A program made the position numbers and the translations under genes. Positions 62,530 through 64,000 of a stretch of DNA of 64,000 bases are shown here, one piece after another (the first letter of the stretch is position 1; each line of letters starts with the position of its first letter). The notes beneath the pieces were generated by a model, which worked only from the letters and a program-made list of their open reading frames with translations, was not told where the DNA came from and made no database searches. The stretch comes from Eledone cirrhosa (Eukaryota). The stretch covers positions 36,704,001-36,768,000 of the forward strand of contig OZ024743.1 in assembly GCA_964016885.1 (NCBI GenBank), read 5' to 3'.

Positions 62530-62667
62530 TTTTCTGATAATTCTGGTGATGGTGAAGGTATGAATCTGAAACTACCAAATGATGTGTATAACCGGTTGCG
62601 TGCACATAGCTCTGCAATGAATAAGCGCTTCAACAAAGTCCATGAAAAGAAAGAACATTCTACAGTT
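62530..62667 (+). CDS. RIOK3: RIOK3 coding exon 5; the kinase-domain exons lie beyond the window
   Basis: FSDNSGDGEGMNLKLPNDVYNRLRAH...VHEKKEHSTV contains the conserved GDG.GM.LKL.N.V.N.L..H and HEKKEHST. TTTCAG acceptor and GTATGT donor. Confidence 0.92.
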
Positions 62668-62711
62668 GTATGTGTCTTCTCTCTTTTTGTTATTATCATT
62701 ATTATTTTTCT

Positions 62712-63295
62712 GCAGTAGATTAGCAGTGTTGGTAGAGCGTCAGACAACATGCCTTGCAGCATAGAGTTATGGCCCTTTACGTTCTGTGTTCATATCCCTC
62801 CAACGTTAGCTTTGCCTTTCATCCTTACGTGGTCGATAAAATAAAGTACCAGTATCGCACTGGGGTCGATTTAATCGACTTTCTCCTTCCTCAAAATTGT
62901 TGGCTTCGTGCCTAAATCAGAAACCATTATTATTATTAATAGTAAACGAATCGGTGGATTGGCAGTATCGGTAGAGGGTTGGACGCCATGCTTTCTAGCA
63001 TAGTTACGTCCCTTTACGGTCTGAGTTCAAATCCCGTTTAGGTTAACTTTGTCTTTCATCTTTACGGGGGTCGATAAAATAAAGTACCAGTAATGTACTG
63101 CGTAATTTGCTGGCCTTGTGCCAAAAGTAGAAACAATTATTATTATTAATAGTAAATCCCGTTGAAGTCAACTTTACCTTTCATCCTTCGAGAGTTCATA
63201 AAATGAATGTAATGTGATTGATATAATTGACTTCCCCTCCCCACTAATTGGTACCTTTGTGCTTAAATTAGAAATCAAGAAACAATTATTATTAA
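62712..63295 (+). mobile_element. Three head-to-tail SINE copies separated by (ATT)n
   Basis: Copies at ~62712-62938, ~62952-63148 and a 5'-truncated one at ~63155-63295. Confidence 0.85.
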
Positions 63296-63316
63296 TATTA
63301 AATCCCATTATTATTA

Positions 63317-64000
63317 TGGCAGCCCCGATTGGGGTGCGTAAGCTGATATTATTGTGGTAATTGTCTTATTCAGGACTAGTCTGAGTTTAATGATTCTTGC
63401 ATTTACCCTGTACACTGAGATTACTTTATCTACCCACTTGTCAGCTAATAGTATACCTACACCACCCATCCCATCGTCATTTCCCACCCAGAAAAATTTG
63501 TAGCACTGGCTTTTTCCTACAAGGACTCTAGCAGACCCTCCTCTCCATCTAGTCTCTTGCACACAGCATACATCAACTTCCTTTCGCTCTAGCATTTCTA
63601 CGATTTCTCCTGCTCTTCCTTTCATTGAGCCTACATTGATGGTACCAACTCGGAGTTTTGGGCATTTGTCGACACTCGTAGGGGAGGGTCTCTGGGTTGG
63701 CGCTTCACGTGGGTGCTTGGTAGCTCGCAGATTCATATTTCATCTATTGATTCAGAGTTGCTCGTGTATTCCCAGCTCATCCATCCATAACGGTGGGAAA
63801 ATTGAGGGCTAGAAGGACAGTGGTGGTGGGGTAATGGCAGGGTGTGTTGGGATGCGCCAGAGGAGGAGAGAGTTAGTTAGGCAGGTAGTAGCAGCAGCAG
63901 CAGTGGAAATGGCATGCTAGGTTTGATTGGTCGAATAGACTATGGTGGTGTGTGGGGGTGGGGGGGAGGGAAATTGTGAGGTAGGAACTGAGGGTCGCAT
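63317..64000 (-). mobile_element. RTE-clade LINE 5' part (start of the APE endonuclease), 3'-truncated
   Basis: PKLRVGTINVGSMKGR...VDVCCVQETRWRG...GGVGIL...IISAYAPQSG. Confidence 0.85.

Overview
Repeat-rich eukaryotic genomic DNA. It is most likely from an octopus or other cephalopod, inferred from the SINE families, microsatellite density and C2H2-ZNF style. The first 10.7 kb hold two head-to-tail Tx1-type (L1 superfamily) non-LTR retrotransposons separated by (ATT)n. Both have intact, near-identical 1139-aa ORF2s (APE endonuclease, RT, Zn finger). Their ORF1 regions are strongly divergent: intact in copy A, broken and internally deleted in copy B. Next is a ~4-kb satellite of 28/30-bp hairpin-containing units with a 1036-bp higher-order duplication, lying between two inverted foldback elements. 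The rest includes SINEs, a Helitron 3' end, a young non-autonomous LTR element, CRE, R4, RTE and CR1-like remnants, and several MITEs. Two host genes are present: a single-exon C2H2 zinc-finger CDS (37278-38546) and the first five coding exons of RIOK3 (52897-62667, continuing past the window). The most interesting signals are (1) a candidate 52-53-nt intron that would fuse Tx1 ORF1 in frame to ORF2 in both copies, (2) an ORF1 module swap whose boundary lies next to that splice donor, and (3) apparent (ATT)n targeting plus a 3' motif shared between the Tx1 element and the local SINE. All calls were made by eye; no searches were run.
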